The position numbers were made by a program, and so were the translations under genes. A DNA stretch of 64,000 nt, taken from positions 736,001 to 800,000 of the forward strand of contig OY843592.1 of NCBI GenBank assembly GCA_963692865.2. The letters are read 5' to 3'. This document shows, piece by piece, positions 39,201 to 47,807 of the stretch. Source of the DNA: a bacterium (GTDB taxonomy: Bacteria > UBA8248). The notes beneath the pieces were generated by a model. The model saw only the letters and a program-made list of their open reading frames with translations. It did no database searches and had not been told where the DNA came from. How positions within the stretch are numbered: the stretch's first letter is position 1; each line of letters starts with the position of its first letter.

Positions 39201-42200
39201 GAGCTTGCCGCTGCCCGCACCCGACGCCGCCGTCGGCGTAGCCGGCTTCGGCGGGAGGGTCGTGAACGCCGCCGCCGTCGCCACCGCTGTCGCGCAACTG
39301 TCGCTGTAGGCCGTGAAGGCGTAGGAGGTGTTCGCCGCCAGGTTCGTCACGCTCGCCGCCTTCCCGGTCTGCTCAACGGAGCAGGTCCCGGAGGCGTGCT
39401 TGTACCACCAGCCGCCCAGGTGGTTGCCGATGGTGAGCGTGGCCCCGTTCTTCGTTATGCCCGAGACCGTCAGCGTCTCGTCCGACGGCGTCACCCCATC
39501 CGACTCCGGCGAGGCCGCGCCGTCGCCTTTCGCGTTTACGGCGCGCACCTTGAACTTGTAGGCCGTCCCGTTGGTCAGGCCGCTTACCGTCGCCGTGATC
39601 GGGCCGGTCCCGCTCGTGGTCAGGCCCTTCCAGGTCGCCTCGAAGGGGTTGTTCCCCTCTTTCTTCACGTACTGCCACTTCGTGATTGCCGATCCGCCGT
39701 CGCCGCCCGAGGTCCACGACAGCGCGACGCTCTGGCTCCCGGCGGTCACCCCCGGTTTGCCCGGCGCGGGCGGCGTCGTGGCCGGCGTTATCAAACCGGA
39801 CTCGGGCGAGGCCGCGCCGTCGCCAATCGCGTTTACGGCGCGCACCTTGAACTTGTAGGCCGTCCCGTTGGTCAGGCCGCTCACCGTCGCCGCGATCGGA
39901 TTCGTCCCGTTCGTGGTCAGGTCCTTCCAGGTCGTCTCGAAGGGGCTGTTCCCCTCTTTCTTCACGTACTGCCACTTCGTGATTGCCGATCCGCCGTCGC
40001 CGCCCGAGGTCCATGACAACTCGACGCTTTGGTTCCCGGAGGTCGCCCCCGGCTTGCCCGGCGCGGGCGGCGCGGTTGGCGCCTTCGTCGTGAAGTTTGC
40101 GGTTGCGCCTGGGATGAGCTCCGAGGAGTTGCAACTCGGACTGCTGTAGGCGATGAATCTGTATGACGTGCTCGGCTTCAGAGTGGTTAGCGTCGCCGTC
40201 GTCGCCGGAGAAACGACCTTGACGCAGAGTGGGTTTGTTGTTGTCGGCAAATCTTGGCTATACCACCAATCCCCCGGCTGGCCCGAGATCGTCAGCGTCG
40301 CGCTCGTTATGTTCACGGCGCCGGACGTCAACGACCGCGTCGCCGCCGGCGTCCCCTCATTCGACTCGGGCGAGGCCGCGCCGTCGCCTTTCGCGTTCAC
40401 GGCGCGGATCTTGAACTTGTATTTCGTCCCGTTGGTCAGGCCGCTCACCGTCGCCGTAATCGGGCCGGTCCCCTGGACGGTCAGGTCCTTCCAGGTCGTC
40501 TCGAAGGGGCTGCTCCCCTCTTTCTTCACGTACTGCCACTTGGTGATCGCCGAGCCGCCGTCGCCGCCCGAAGTCCACGACAACGCTGCGCTTTGGTTCT
40601 CGGCGGTCATCCCCGGTTTCGTCGGCGCAGGCGGCGTCGTCGCCGGCGTTATCGAATCAGACTCAGGCGAGGCCGCGCCGTTTCCAATCGCGTTCACGGC
40701 GCGCACCTTGAACTTGTAGGCCGTCCCGTTGGTCAGGCCGGAGACGGTGTAGCCGATCTTGCTCGGGCAGTTCGAATCGTTCGTGGTCGTGCAGATGTCG
40801 GTCCAGCTGCCGTAATTGTCCGTCGATTCGGCGTATTGCCACTTGGTGATCGCCGAGCCGCCGTCGCCGCTCGAAGCCCACGACAGCGCGGCACTTGCGG
40901 CGCCCGCCGTCACCCCCGGTTTCGTCGGCGCGGGAGGCGCGGAAACCGCCGCCGTCGTGAAGGCCTCATCCGCGCCTTCGATTGTGAGCGTGGTCGGGCA
41001 ACCCGAAGCGCTGTACCCGGAGTATTCGTACGTCGTGCTCGGCGTGAGATTGGTGAGGTTCATCGTCGTCCCCGACGCCTTCGTGCAGGGACCCTCGGGC
41101 GTCGGTTTCTTCTTTATGTACCACCAATCCCCCGTATGGCCCGTGAGCGTCAGCGTCGCCGACTTCGCCTTGACGTTGGTCGCGGTCAGCTTCGCCGCCG
41201 CCGGCGTCACCACGTCCGACGCGGGCGAGGCCGCGCCGTTGCCCACCGCGTTCACGGCGCGCACCTTGAAGATGTAGGGCGTCCCGTTGGTCAGGCCGCT
41301 CACCGTCGCCGTGATCGGGTTGGTCCCGCTCGTGGTCAGGTCCTTCCAGGTGATGAAATTGTCCGCCGATATGGCGTATTGCCACTTGGTGATCGCCGAG
41401 CCGCCGTCGCCGCCCGAAGTCCACGACAGCGTCACGCTCTGGTCATCGTAGTCCACCCCCGGCTTCGACGGCGCGGGGGGCGCGGTCGGTGTGGTGAACG
41501 CCGCCGCGGTGGCCAGCTCGGTCACGCAGCTGTCGCTGTAGGCCGTGAAGGTGTATTCCGTCCCCGGCGTCAGGGTCGACACGTTCGCCGTCGAGTTCCC
41601 GGCGCTTACCTTCGAGGAACAGGTGCCGGAGGCGTGCTTGTACCACCACTCGTCCGTATGACCGGAGATCGTCAGCCTCGCCGTGGTCCCGGTGACCGCG
41701 TCGACGGTCAGCGCGACTATCTCCGTGGCATCGACGCTGAACAGGCCGGAGCCCATGGAGTTGTCGCTGTACCATTGGGGCGGGGTGCGCTGGTATTTGT
41801 CGTCGTTTCCGATCGACCAGCCGTTGTTCGCCGGCGTCTGCGTCTGAGCGTCGGACGTCGTATTCCTCCAGGCGTAGTGGTTGGTCCCATCCGCGCCGTC
41901 CGGCGCCGCGAACACCAGCCAATAGGTCGTGCTCCCCTTCAGGTCGCATCCCGAACCCGAGCAGGTGTAGGTATAATCCCCCCGGGTGTCGGGGGCGTTG
42001 CCGCTCAGCGTCACGACCTCCGACCCCGGGCTGCCCGCGGAATCCGTGAAGATGCCGGCTTTGAACCCTGCCGGGCTTCCCACCTTGTTCGCGAACTTGG
42101 TCGTGATGCTGTTCAGCGTGTGGCCGACGGCGGCGGGGCCGGTCGTGAAGGACGTGGCGTGTTTCCGCAAGTCGACGACTTTGATCACGTGGCCTACGAG

Positions 42201-42467
42201 ATTCTTGCCGACGCGCATGGAGGTGGCGTTCTCGCTCTCGCTCATGTTGCTGACGACAGTGGCGGCGCGGGCGTCCGGCGGGGCGAGCAGGTCCCCGGCC
42301 GGCAGCAGGATCAGGGCGAGGAGCGAAGCGAGCGCGAGGGCCGGGAGACGAACAAGCGTCGGGATTCGGGGTTTGGCGGTGCAACCGTTCGATGTCAAGA
42401 TGTTTCTCCTTTCGTCGTTCCAGGAATTTTTTATTTTTTTCGACTCCCGGTTCGGAAGCGGACACAC
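36243..42467 (-). CDS. Large fibronectin type III-repeat autotransporter/adhesin (~2000 aa)
   Basis: Hydrophobic signal segment, about 9 FN3 modules (GGDGGSAITKWQY...GLTNGTAYKFKVRAVN) plus about 6 Cys-pair FN3-like modules, and a C-terminal beta-barrel (WLARFGR...WSMWGRG...GSLRW). Exact start uncertain. Confidence 0.88.
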   Translation of the reverse strand: MCPLPNRESKKIKNSWNDERRNILTSNGCTAKPRIPTLVRLPALALASLLALILLPAGDLLAPPDARAATVVSNMSESENATSMRVGKNLVGHVIKVVDLRKHATSFTTGPAAVGHTLNSITTKFANKVGSPAGFKAGIFTDSAGSPGSEVVTLSGNAPDTRGDYTYTCSGSGCDLKGSTTYWLVFAAPDGADGTNHYAWRNTTSDAQTQTPANNGWSIGNDDKYQRTPPQWYSDNSMGSGLFSVDATEIVALTVDAVTGTTARLTISGHTDEWWYKHASGTCSSKVSAGNSTANVSTLTPGTEYTFTAYSDSCVTELATAAAFTTPTAPPAPSKPGVDYDDQSVTLSWTSGGDGGSAITKWQYAISADNFITWKDLTTSGTNPITATVSGLTNGTPYIFKVRAVNAVGNGAASPASDVVTPAAAKLTATNVKAKSATLTLTGHTGDWWYIKKKPTPEGPCTKASGTTMNLTNLTPSTTYEYSGYSASGCPTTLTIEGADEAFTTAAVSAPPAPTKPGVTAGAASAALSWASSGDGGSAITKWQYAESTDNYGSWTDICTTTNDSNCPSKIGYTVSGLTNGTAYKFKVRAVNAIGNGAASPESDSITPATTPPAPTKPGMTAENQSAALSWTSGGDGGSAITKWQYVKKEGSSPFETTWKDLTVQGTGPITATVSGLTNGTKYKFKIRAVNAKGDGAASPESNEGTPAATRSLTSGAVNITSATLTISGQPGDWWYSQDLPTTTNPLCVKVVSPATTATLTTLKPSTSYRFIAYSSPSCNSSELIPGATANFTTKAPTAPPAPGKPGATSGNQSVELSWTSGGDGGSAITKWQYVKKEGNSPFETTWKDLTTNGTNPIAATVSGLTNGTAYKFKVRAVNAIGDGAASPESGLITPATTPPAPGKPGVTAGSQSVALSWTSGGDGGSAITKWQYVKKEGNNPFEATWKGLTTSGTGPITATVSGLTNGTAYKFKVRAVNAKGDGAASPESDGVTPSDETLTVSGITKNGATLTIGNHLGGWWYKHASGTCSVEQTGKAASVTNLAANTSYAFTAYSDSCATAVATAAAFTTLPPKPATPTAASGAGSGKLILASSVTGNADLSRWEYKKKEAGGNFDQDWTGVAATSRTLNHVVSGLTDGTDYVFKVRAVNASGDGEESDESVAAAPADETLTVSNVTKNGATLTIGNYPGNWHYKHASGTCSTEQTGTTASVTNLAANTSYTFTAYSDSCATAVATAVAFPTLPPKPAKPTAMPGAGNGKLTLASSVTGNADLRRWEYKKKPENGNFDPDWTGVDATSRTLNHVVSGLTDGTDYVFKVRAVNASGDGEESDESASVMPVASTLTANSIEAATATLTIANHAGDWWYRYVSPAGGACSSKIDIGTLTASLVNLTPGTDYAFKAYGDKDCLVELASAPPFLTKPGKTTGVVIVAALNEQLRVSWTDVRSATSYKVQWKSGNESWDATSRQAGATGAEHTITGLTNATEYTLRVAAVNATGDGAWSNEAGGAPEAGPTTTAPLAPSMPGVAAGDARVALSWTPGGDGGSAITKWQYVRKEGGKPFETIWRDVPDSGASTRSHTVTGLTNGVAYRFKVRAVNAVGAGAASPESAAATPAAPAAPPTGWLARFGRAAGSGAVEMITGRMNAPAPEGAKMTIGGHGVDLNEDIERLLAKQGGASGGLARRGTAGGPGYRETTVSELLRGGSFHLASAKEAEAVPGGRWSMWGRGAQTSFEGGGAQGDVTTAMLGMDYEKDGVLLGVALSHARGKGGFGSAGRSGVEAKLVSAHPYLRFALNERISVWGVLGMGRGEMTLEEKGRKIETDLETRMGAFGVRGELAKVGGFDLALKSDALLAQTDADAAGGLAAVSAEATRLRLMLEASREVAMENGGAFTPSVEAGLRHDGGDADEGVGVEVGGSLHFANPAWGLTLELRARGLITHEGEDAADWGAGGMIRIDPGEAGRGLALTVEPAVGETAGGAGRLWGVEDASRLAREEAGDTDPRVRAEVGYGLAAWGGLLTPYAGLSASEDGGAYRLGGRFRVGERLSMSVEGGVRERQDDDPVHGVALRGSLRW

Positions 42468-42839
42468 TTATAAATGACTATTCAATTAAATTTCGGCCCC
42501 TCGTCGTCGCCCAGCCGTTTTCGCTCCCCGCCCTTGCATACCGGAAAGCGCCGCCGCCGGATCCGGCGCCTTGCGCGTTTCGCCGGGGAATCGGACGCCT
42601 TGAAGGCGCAATCCCCCGAATCACCGCACGAAACGGCGTCCTCGAAACTCCCGGACGCATTTCAGGCCGTTCGGCGCACAGTCCATGACGGGGAATGGAA
42701 GGGGGGCTTCCGCTTTTTCGGCCCCCGCAGGAGCCGCCTCGCGATCAGCGGAAATCCGTGAAACAACCTTGCATGGATTATATGCCAAGTATAATTTTGG
42801 GCGATTCGATTCGAGTTGTCAAGCGGGGATAATGAGGAG

Positions 42840-43400
42840 GCGTTGAACAACTCTTCTCCGCCTCATCCCGAGTAGCGGCGAAGCCGCGTATCGAAGGGCG
42901 AAATTCGCGTCCCGCCGGTTGGATGCGTTCCCCCATCCTTCGATACGGCGCTTGCGCGCCTGCTCAGGATGAGGAAAGAGGCGTCGGCGGTTCGCGGGGG
43001 GTCGAAGAGGGGGGTTTTTCAACAGCCCCTTGTCAGGGGGGTAAAAAAACAACGCCCTCCTTGACGGGGAGGCGAGAAAAAACCCCTTTGTCGGGCCTGT
43101 TGAAAAACCCTGTTTGCGTGATTCGGCGCATGTAATCGACAGACGAGAGAGAAGATACGCTCCCCCCTTGAGGGGGCTGTTGAAAAAGCCGGAGAGAGAC
43201 AATTTGTTTGCAGGTGACAACCCCTCCTCGGGGTTGTCCCACGCATATCGAACGGCGATGGGCCGCATGATATGTCAGACATATATGTCCGACCCGCGCC
43301 ATCCTCGCGTTTTGCGTAGCAGGACAGGCGCGGAGGCCTGTCCCTGCGGTTGCCATCCGCAAAAAAACCGGGCGGACACATCGGTCCGCCCCTACAAGCC
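42840..43400. repeat. Cluster of composite palindromic repeats/MITE ends
   Basis: CTCATCCCGAGTAG...TATCGAAGG / CCTTCGATAC...CTCAGGATGAG inverted pair, TTTTTCAACAGCCCC, two GG(C)CTGTTGAAAAA ends, CCCCCTTGAGGGGG, and REP-like GGGCGGACACATCGGTCCGCCCCTAC. Confidence 0.8.
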
Positions 43401-43437
43401 GAACTGATCGATCAGAGAGAATACGAACCCCGAAACC

Positions 43438-44535
43438 CTAATACACGTCCGTCGTGCTCTCGCCGACGGCCTGCTGCTTGGGACGCCAGCGCAGGAGGTA
43501 GCGCTCCAGCCAGTTCACCGCCGCGTTGGCGATCAAGACAATGAACATGAGCAGGATGAGTCCCGCGAACGAGCCCGCGATGTTGAAGAGGTTGCTCGTG
43601 TGCTGGATCATGAAGCCCAGACCCTTGCTCGCCGCCATGAACTCGCCCAGGATGGCCCCGATGATGGCGAAGGGAACGCCGATCTTGAGGCCCGTCAGTA
43701 TCCAGGGCATCGCGGCGGGCAGGGTTACCTTCCAGAGAACCTGCATCTCGTTCGCGCCCATCACCTGGGCGAGGTTCTTGAGGTTCGGGTCCACGCCCCT
43801 GAGGCCCGAGTAGGTGTTCATGAAGGTGAGGAACAACACCAGGCTCACCGCCAGCACGATCTTCGACTCCACCCCGATGCCGAACCAGATGATGAGGATC
43901 GGCGCCATCGCCACGCGCGGGATGCCGTTCACCGCGACGATGAAGGGGTCGAGAATCTCGGCCAGGGTCTCGAGCCGCGCCAGTATGAAACCTAAGGCTA
44001 TCCCCAACGCCGCGCCCAGGACGTAGCCCAGGAACGCCTCGTACATCGTCGTCCACGTGTCGATGAAGAGGCTGCCCGAGAGGGTTATCTCCACCAGGTA
44101 GCTCAGGACGCGCAGGGGGGAGCCGAACCAGAACGGATCGACGCAGAGCCACTGCTTGGGGCCGATCTCCAGGGCGCTGAGTTCCCACATGGCGAGAAAG
44201 CCGACGGCGAATGAGGCCCGGTAGGCGAACATGCGCATCTTCTGGTTCTTGATGATGCGCCCGGTGCGCGTGATGGATACGTCCACGAACGCGATGGCGT
44301 GGAAGAACATGCCCGTCACGGAGCACATCATGTAGCCCGCCGCGGCGAGGCCCAGCAGGAGCGCGCCTATCAGGTAATCGCCCCGCCAGAGCTGCGGAAC
44401 GCCAGGAAGGGGGATCGTCAGGAGAAACTCGCCCCACTTGGGCAGCCTGACGCGGGCGGCAGCCGCCTGCGCGGCCTGCTCCGCATCGTTCGTTCCCTTC
44501 TCCCCGCTCGCCTCTTTATCGATCATGTCGGCCAT
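43438..44535 (-). CDS. Nitrate/sulfonate/taurine-type ABC permease with N-terminal extension
   Basis: NGIPRVAMAPILIIWFG, VTLPAAMPWILTGLK, GAILGEF, GLGF. Confidence 0.9.
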   Translation of the reverse strand: MADMIDKEASGEKGTNDAEQAAQAAAARVRLPKWGEFLLTIPLPGVPQLWRGDYLIGALLLGLAAAGYMMCSVTGMFFHAIAFVDVSITRTGRIIKNQKMRMFAYRASFAVGFLAMWELSALEIGPKQWLCVDPFWFGSPLRVLSYLVEITLSGSLFIDTWTTMYEAFLGYVLGAALGIALGFILARLETLAEILDPFIVAVNGIPRVAMAPILIIWFGIGVESKIVLAVSLVLFLTFMNTYSGLRGVDPNLKNLAQVMGANEMQVLWKVTLPAAMPWILTGLKIGVPFAIIGAILGEFMAASKGLGFMIQHTSNLFNIAGSFAGLILLMFIVLIANAAVNWLERYLLRWRPKQQAVGESTTDVY

Positions 44536-44552
44536 GTCAATTCCCCTCTCAT

Positions 44553-44889
44553 GGGGCTGTTGAAAAAGCCCTGTTCACCCGGAACTCACCCTCCACCGGC
44601 TCGGCTGCGGACTGCGCTCATGAGCAGCATCGCCGACCGACGAGAGAGAAGAGAACCACTCCCCTCTTGTTGAGGATAAGGCACAATCAACGAGAGAGGA
44701 AATTCACTCCCCCCTTGAGGGGGTTGTTGGTAAAACCGGAGAGAAACAATTTGTTTGTAGGGGTCGCATATCATGCGACCCTGATTTTCGCCTCCACAAG
44801 GCGGGCCGCATGATATGCGGCCCCTACAAAAACCATTCCTCCCCGGTCACGTAAAACACTCTTCGTCAGGACCTTTTTCAACAACCCCC
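44553..44889. mobile_element. Composite MITE-like element inside ABC operon
   Basis: GGGGCTGTTGAAAAAG ... CTTTTTCAACAACCCC ends; internal CCCCCTTGAGGGGG and an inverted GTAG-REP doublet (GTAGGGGTCGCATATCATGCGACCC / GGGCCGCATGATATGCGGCCCCTAC). Confidence 0.8.
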
Positions 44890-45705
44890 TCATCCGCTCT
44901 CTGAACCCGCGGACCCGTTTTTCATCCAGTCCTCGCTGCGCTGGACCTCCTCGCGCAATTCCTGCCACAGCTGATCGTAGGTCTTGCGAAACGCCTCCTC
45001 GCTGTGGATGGTGAAAACGTCGCGCGGACGCGGAATGTCCACTTCGGCGACGCTCCTCAAGTTTCCGGGCCGGCTCGTCATGACGACCACTCGATCGGCC
45101 AGGGCGATGGCCTCGACGAGATCGTGCGTGATGAAGATGACCGTCTTACGCGCCTCGCGCCAGAGTTTCAATAGTTGATCCTGAAGGATGATGCGCGTCT
45201 GCGCGTCGAGCGGCCCAAACGGCTCGTCCATCAGGATGACATCCGGATCGTAGATAAGAGTGCGGATGATGTTGGCCCGCTGGCGCATCCCGCCCGAGAG
45301 TTCGTGGGGGTAGTGATCCTCGAACCCCGCGAGGCCGACGCGCTGGATGAGTTCACGCGCCTTGTCGTGTCTGGTCTTCTGGTCGACGCCCCGCATCTCC
45401 AGCGGAAAGGCGACGTTGTTGATGAGCGTGCGCCAAGCGTAGAGATAGTCCGACTGCGGCACGTAGCCGATATCGGTGTTGATGCCGTGCAGCTTTTTAT
45501 CCTTGTAAGTGATGGTTCCCGAGGTGGGGTGCACGAGCCCGATAATGCAGTTCAGGAGCGTGGACTTCCCGCAGCCGCTTGGCCCCACGATGGTGATGAA
45601 CTCGCCGTCTTCGATATCGAGGCTCAAATCCTCGACGGCGAGAACGCGGTTTCCCCGCGAGAAGAATTCCTTTTGCAGGTTCTTGATCGAGAGAATTGGA
45701 GGCAC
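44890..45705 (-). CDS. Nitrate/sulfonate/taurine-type ABC ATP-binding protein
   Basis: GPSGCGKST, LSGGMRQR, LMDEPFGPLD, FITHD. Confidence 0.95.
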   Translation of the reverse strand: MPPILSIKNLQKEFFSRGNRVLAVEDLSLDIEDGEFITIVGPSGCGKSTLLNCIIGLVHPTSGTITYKDKKLHGINTDIGYVPQSDYLYAWRTLINNVAFPLEMRGVDQKTRHDKARELIQRVGLAGFEDHYPHELSGGMRQRANIIRTLIYDPDVILMDEPFGPLDAQTRIILQDQLLKLWREARKTVIFITHDLVEAIALADRVVVMTSRPGNLRSVAEVDIPRPRDVFTIHSEEAFRKTYDQLWQELREEVQRSEDWMKNGSAGSESG

Positions 45706-45721
45706 CGGGCATGAATCTCCG

Positions 45722-45759
45722 CCGCCGGGGAGGGGCTTCTGACGGCCTCTCCCCGGCGG
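45722..45759 (-). terminator. Strong hairpin between SBP and ATPase genes (mRNA-stabilising or attenuating)
   Basis: CCGCCGGGGAGGGGC...GGCCTCTCCCCGGCGG directly downstream of the SBP stop. Confidence 0.5.
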
Positions 45760-45783
45760 TTTTACAGAGTCAGTAGTTTCCGC

Positions 45784-46830
45784 TCACATCTTGCCGGGCA
45801 GATATTCGTCCGTCACCAGGGTGCTCCTGGGGAACGCCTTCTTGAGCTTGCCGGCAGCGATGAGCAGGTTCTGCGTAATGTCCACCGCGCGCTGCGTGAT
45901 TTTCCCGTCGAGCGAGACGGCCGTCTTCACCGCCTCGATGCTCACGCGCAGCAGGTTCTTGTCGGTCTTGGCGAAGTATAGCTGGATCTTCTTGCGAATA
46001 TCCTCCGCGCTGTGCTTGGCGATCCAGTTGTTGGCCTTGAGAAGCGCCCGGACCACCTTGCGGACGGTCTCGGGGTTTTTCTTCGCATATTCGGGCCGCA
46101 CGAGCAGGACCTCCATCATGAACTGGTCCATCTCCGGGTCGTCGCCCGCGGAGTTCGTAACGAAGGGAATGCCGATGCCCTTGAATATGGCCGTCTCCGG
46201 TACGGGAATCGTCTGGATCGCGATTTGAATCTTGTTGCGCTGCAGCGCGGCGACGAGCACAGGCCCCGCGCCCGCGCCGATGAGCTTCACCTCTTTGTTG
46301 GGCGTGTAGCCGGCCTGGCGGATCCAGTATTCACCCTGGTTGTAGGTGAGCGCGCCGGGACGCGTGGCGCCCACGGTCAGGCCCTTCATCTTCTTGATCT
46401 TTTCCTTGTAGGGCGTCTTGGCGGTGATGCCGAGCTTCTTGGCGACGTCCTTGCGGATGGCGGAGTTGACGATGCTGCGGTTGAGACAACTCATCACCGC
46501 CACGAGGGCGCCGCCCGCCTTGACGGCGTTGATCTGGTAGGTGCCCGCGGCGATGGAGAAATCCGCCTGGCCCGCGAGGTTGGCCTTGATGTCCGGCCCG
46601 CCGCCCCGCGTGGAGATGACCTCGGCGGCCAGTCCCTCCTCGGCGAAGTAGCCGTTCGCGCGCGCCACGTAGTTGCTGACGAAGGCGAGACTCTCGACCG
46701 CCTGGGTGATGACGACCCGTTTGACGGCCGACTCCGAAGGCGTGGCGGCGGTGAAGACGAGCGCCACTCCCAGGATGACCGCCAGAACCGACTTGATGAT
46801 GAAACCCCTTAGGTTCGTTCTCGTATCCAC
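45784..46830 (-). CDS. NMT1/SsuA-like ABC substrate-binding protein
   Basis: Signal peptide, GYFAEEGL, NPETVRKVVRALLKA. Confidence 0.9.
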   Translation of the reverse strand: MDTRTNLRGFIIKSVLAVILGVALVFTAATPSESAVKRVVITQAVESLAFVSNYVARANGYFAEEGLAAEVISTRGGGPDIKANLAGQADFSIAAGTYQINAVKAGGALVAVMSCLNRSIVNSAIRKDVAKKLGITAKTPYKEKIKKMKGLTVGATRPGALTYNQGEYWIRQAGYTPNKEVKLIGAGAGPVLVAALQRNKIQIAIQTIPVPETAIFKGIGIPFVTNSAGDDPEMDQFMMEVLLVRPEYAKKNPETVRKVVRALLKANNWIAKHSAEDIRKKIQLYFAKTDKNLLRVSIEAVKTAVSLDGKITQRAVDITQNLLIAAGKLKKAFPRSTLVTDEYLPGKM

Positions 46831-47115
46831 GATTTCAGCCTCCCCTCTGGGCCGCAGGATTCGCGGCTTGCGTCATGGACTCATTCAACGCCCCGAGGCG
46901 GGGCGCACTCAGTGTATCGGGAATATATGATTCTCCTTCGATTCCTCTGCATCGGAAACACAGTAATACCGAAAGAGCATTGGATGATTTTATGATGATG
47001 ATAATGCCAGAGAATACCACGTTTCTCAAAATCGCCGCAACTTCATACGGACATTCCCGCATGAGCGAAAAGACCATCGGTCGCGAAGTTCCCGGCCGTG
47101 AAGCCTGCGTGAGCG

Positions 47116-47684
47116 GGGCCCTTGAAAAAGCCCCCCCCCCGACAAGGGTGATTGGGGGTAGAACGCGACCCAGGAGGGGCTGTTGAAAAAGTCCCGTCTT
47201 CGACCCCCGCAAACCGCCGACGCCTTTTTCCTCACCCTGAGCAGCCGCCGGAGGTCAAACGCGGCTGAGAAGGGGCTGTTGAAAAAGCCGGAGAGAGACG
47301 ATTTGTTTGTCGGTGACAACCCCGAGGAGGGGTTGTCCCACGCATATCATGCGGCCCTGCCTTTTCGCCTCCACAAGGCGGGCCGCATGATATGTCGGAC
47401 ATATATGTCTGGCCTGCGGGTAAAACGTGGTTGATGCGAGAGGGATAAGTTTTTCAACAACCCCCTCAAGGGGGGAGTGAACTTCAAAAGCGTGCGCACA
47501 ACCCAAAATCACTTCCCGGGGGTTTTTCAACAGGTCCGCATCGGTCGGGATCGACCTCCCTCATTGGCCGGAATCGACCTCCCGCATCGGTCGGGTTCGC
47601 GCCTTCGATACGCGGCTTCGCCGCTGTTCAGGATGAGGCGGAGAGGGCTTTTTCAACAACCCCCAAAGCCCGCGCGCCCCGCCC
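47116..47684. repeat. Cluster of composite palindromic repeats/MITE ends
   Basis: Several GGGGCTGTTGAAAAAG and TTTTTCAACA(A)CCCC ends. 47273-47410 repeats 43173-43290, and 47601-47683 is an inverted copy of about 42841-42898. Confidence 0.8.
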
Positions 47685-47807
47685 GGGGCCGCCCTTTCCG
47701 CCGCCGGGGGAATTCGTGAAAATATGGATAAATTCGGATAAATTCACGACGTTTTTCGACAAAAAACGGAAAATTTATCATATTGATTTATATGGAGTTA
47801 CGGGATA

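Noticed and set aside
15800-47700. CRISPR array or integron attC array in the repeat-rich spacers
   Set aside because: No regularly spaced identical direct repeats with unique spacers, and no cas or integrase gene.
29144-47719. Short ORFs inside the repeat clusters (e.g. 29187-29522, 42819-43268, 47026-47319, containing FFNSP or LLKK)
   Set aside because: These are translations of the TIR and palindrome sequences, not credible genes or transposases.
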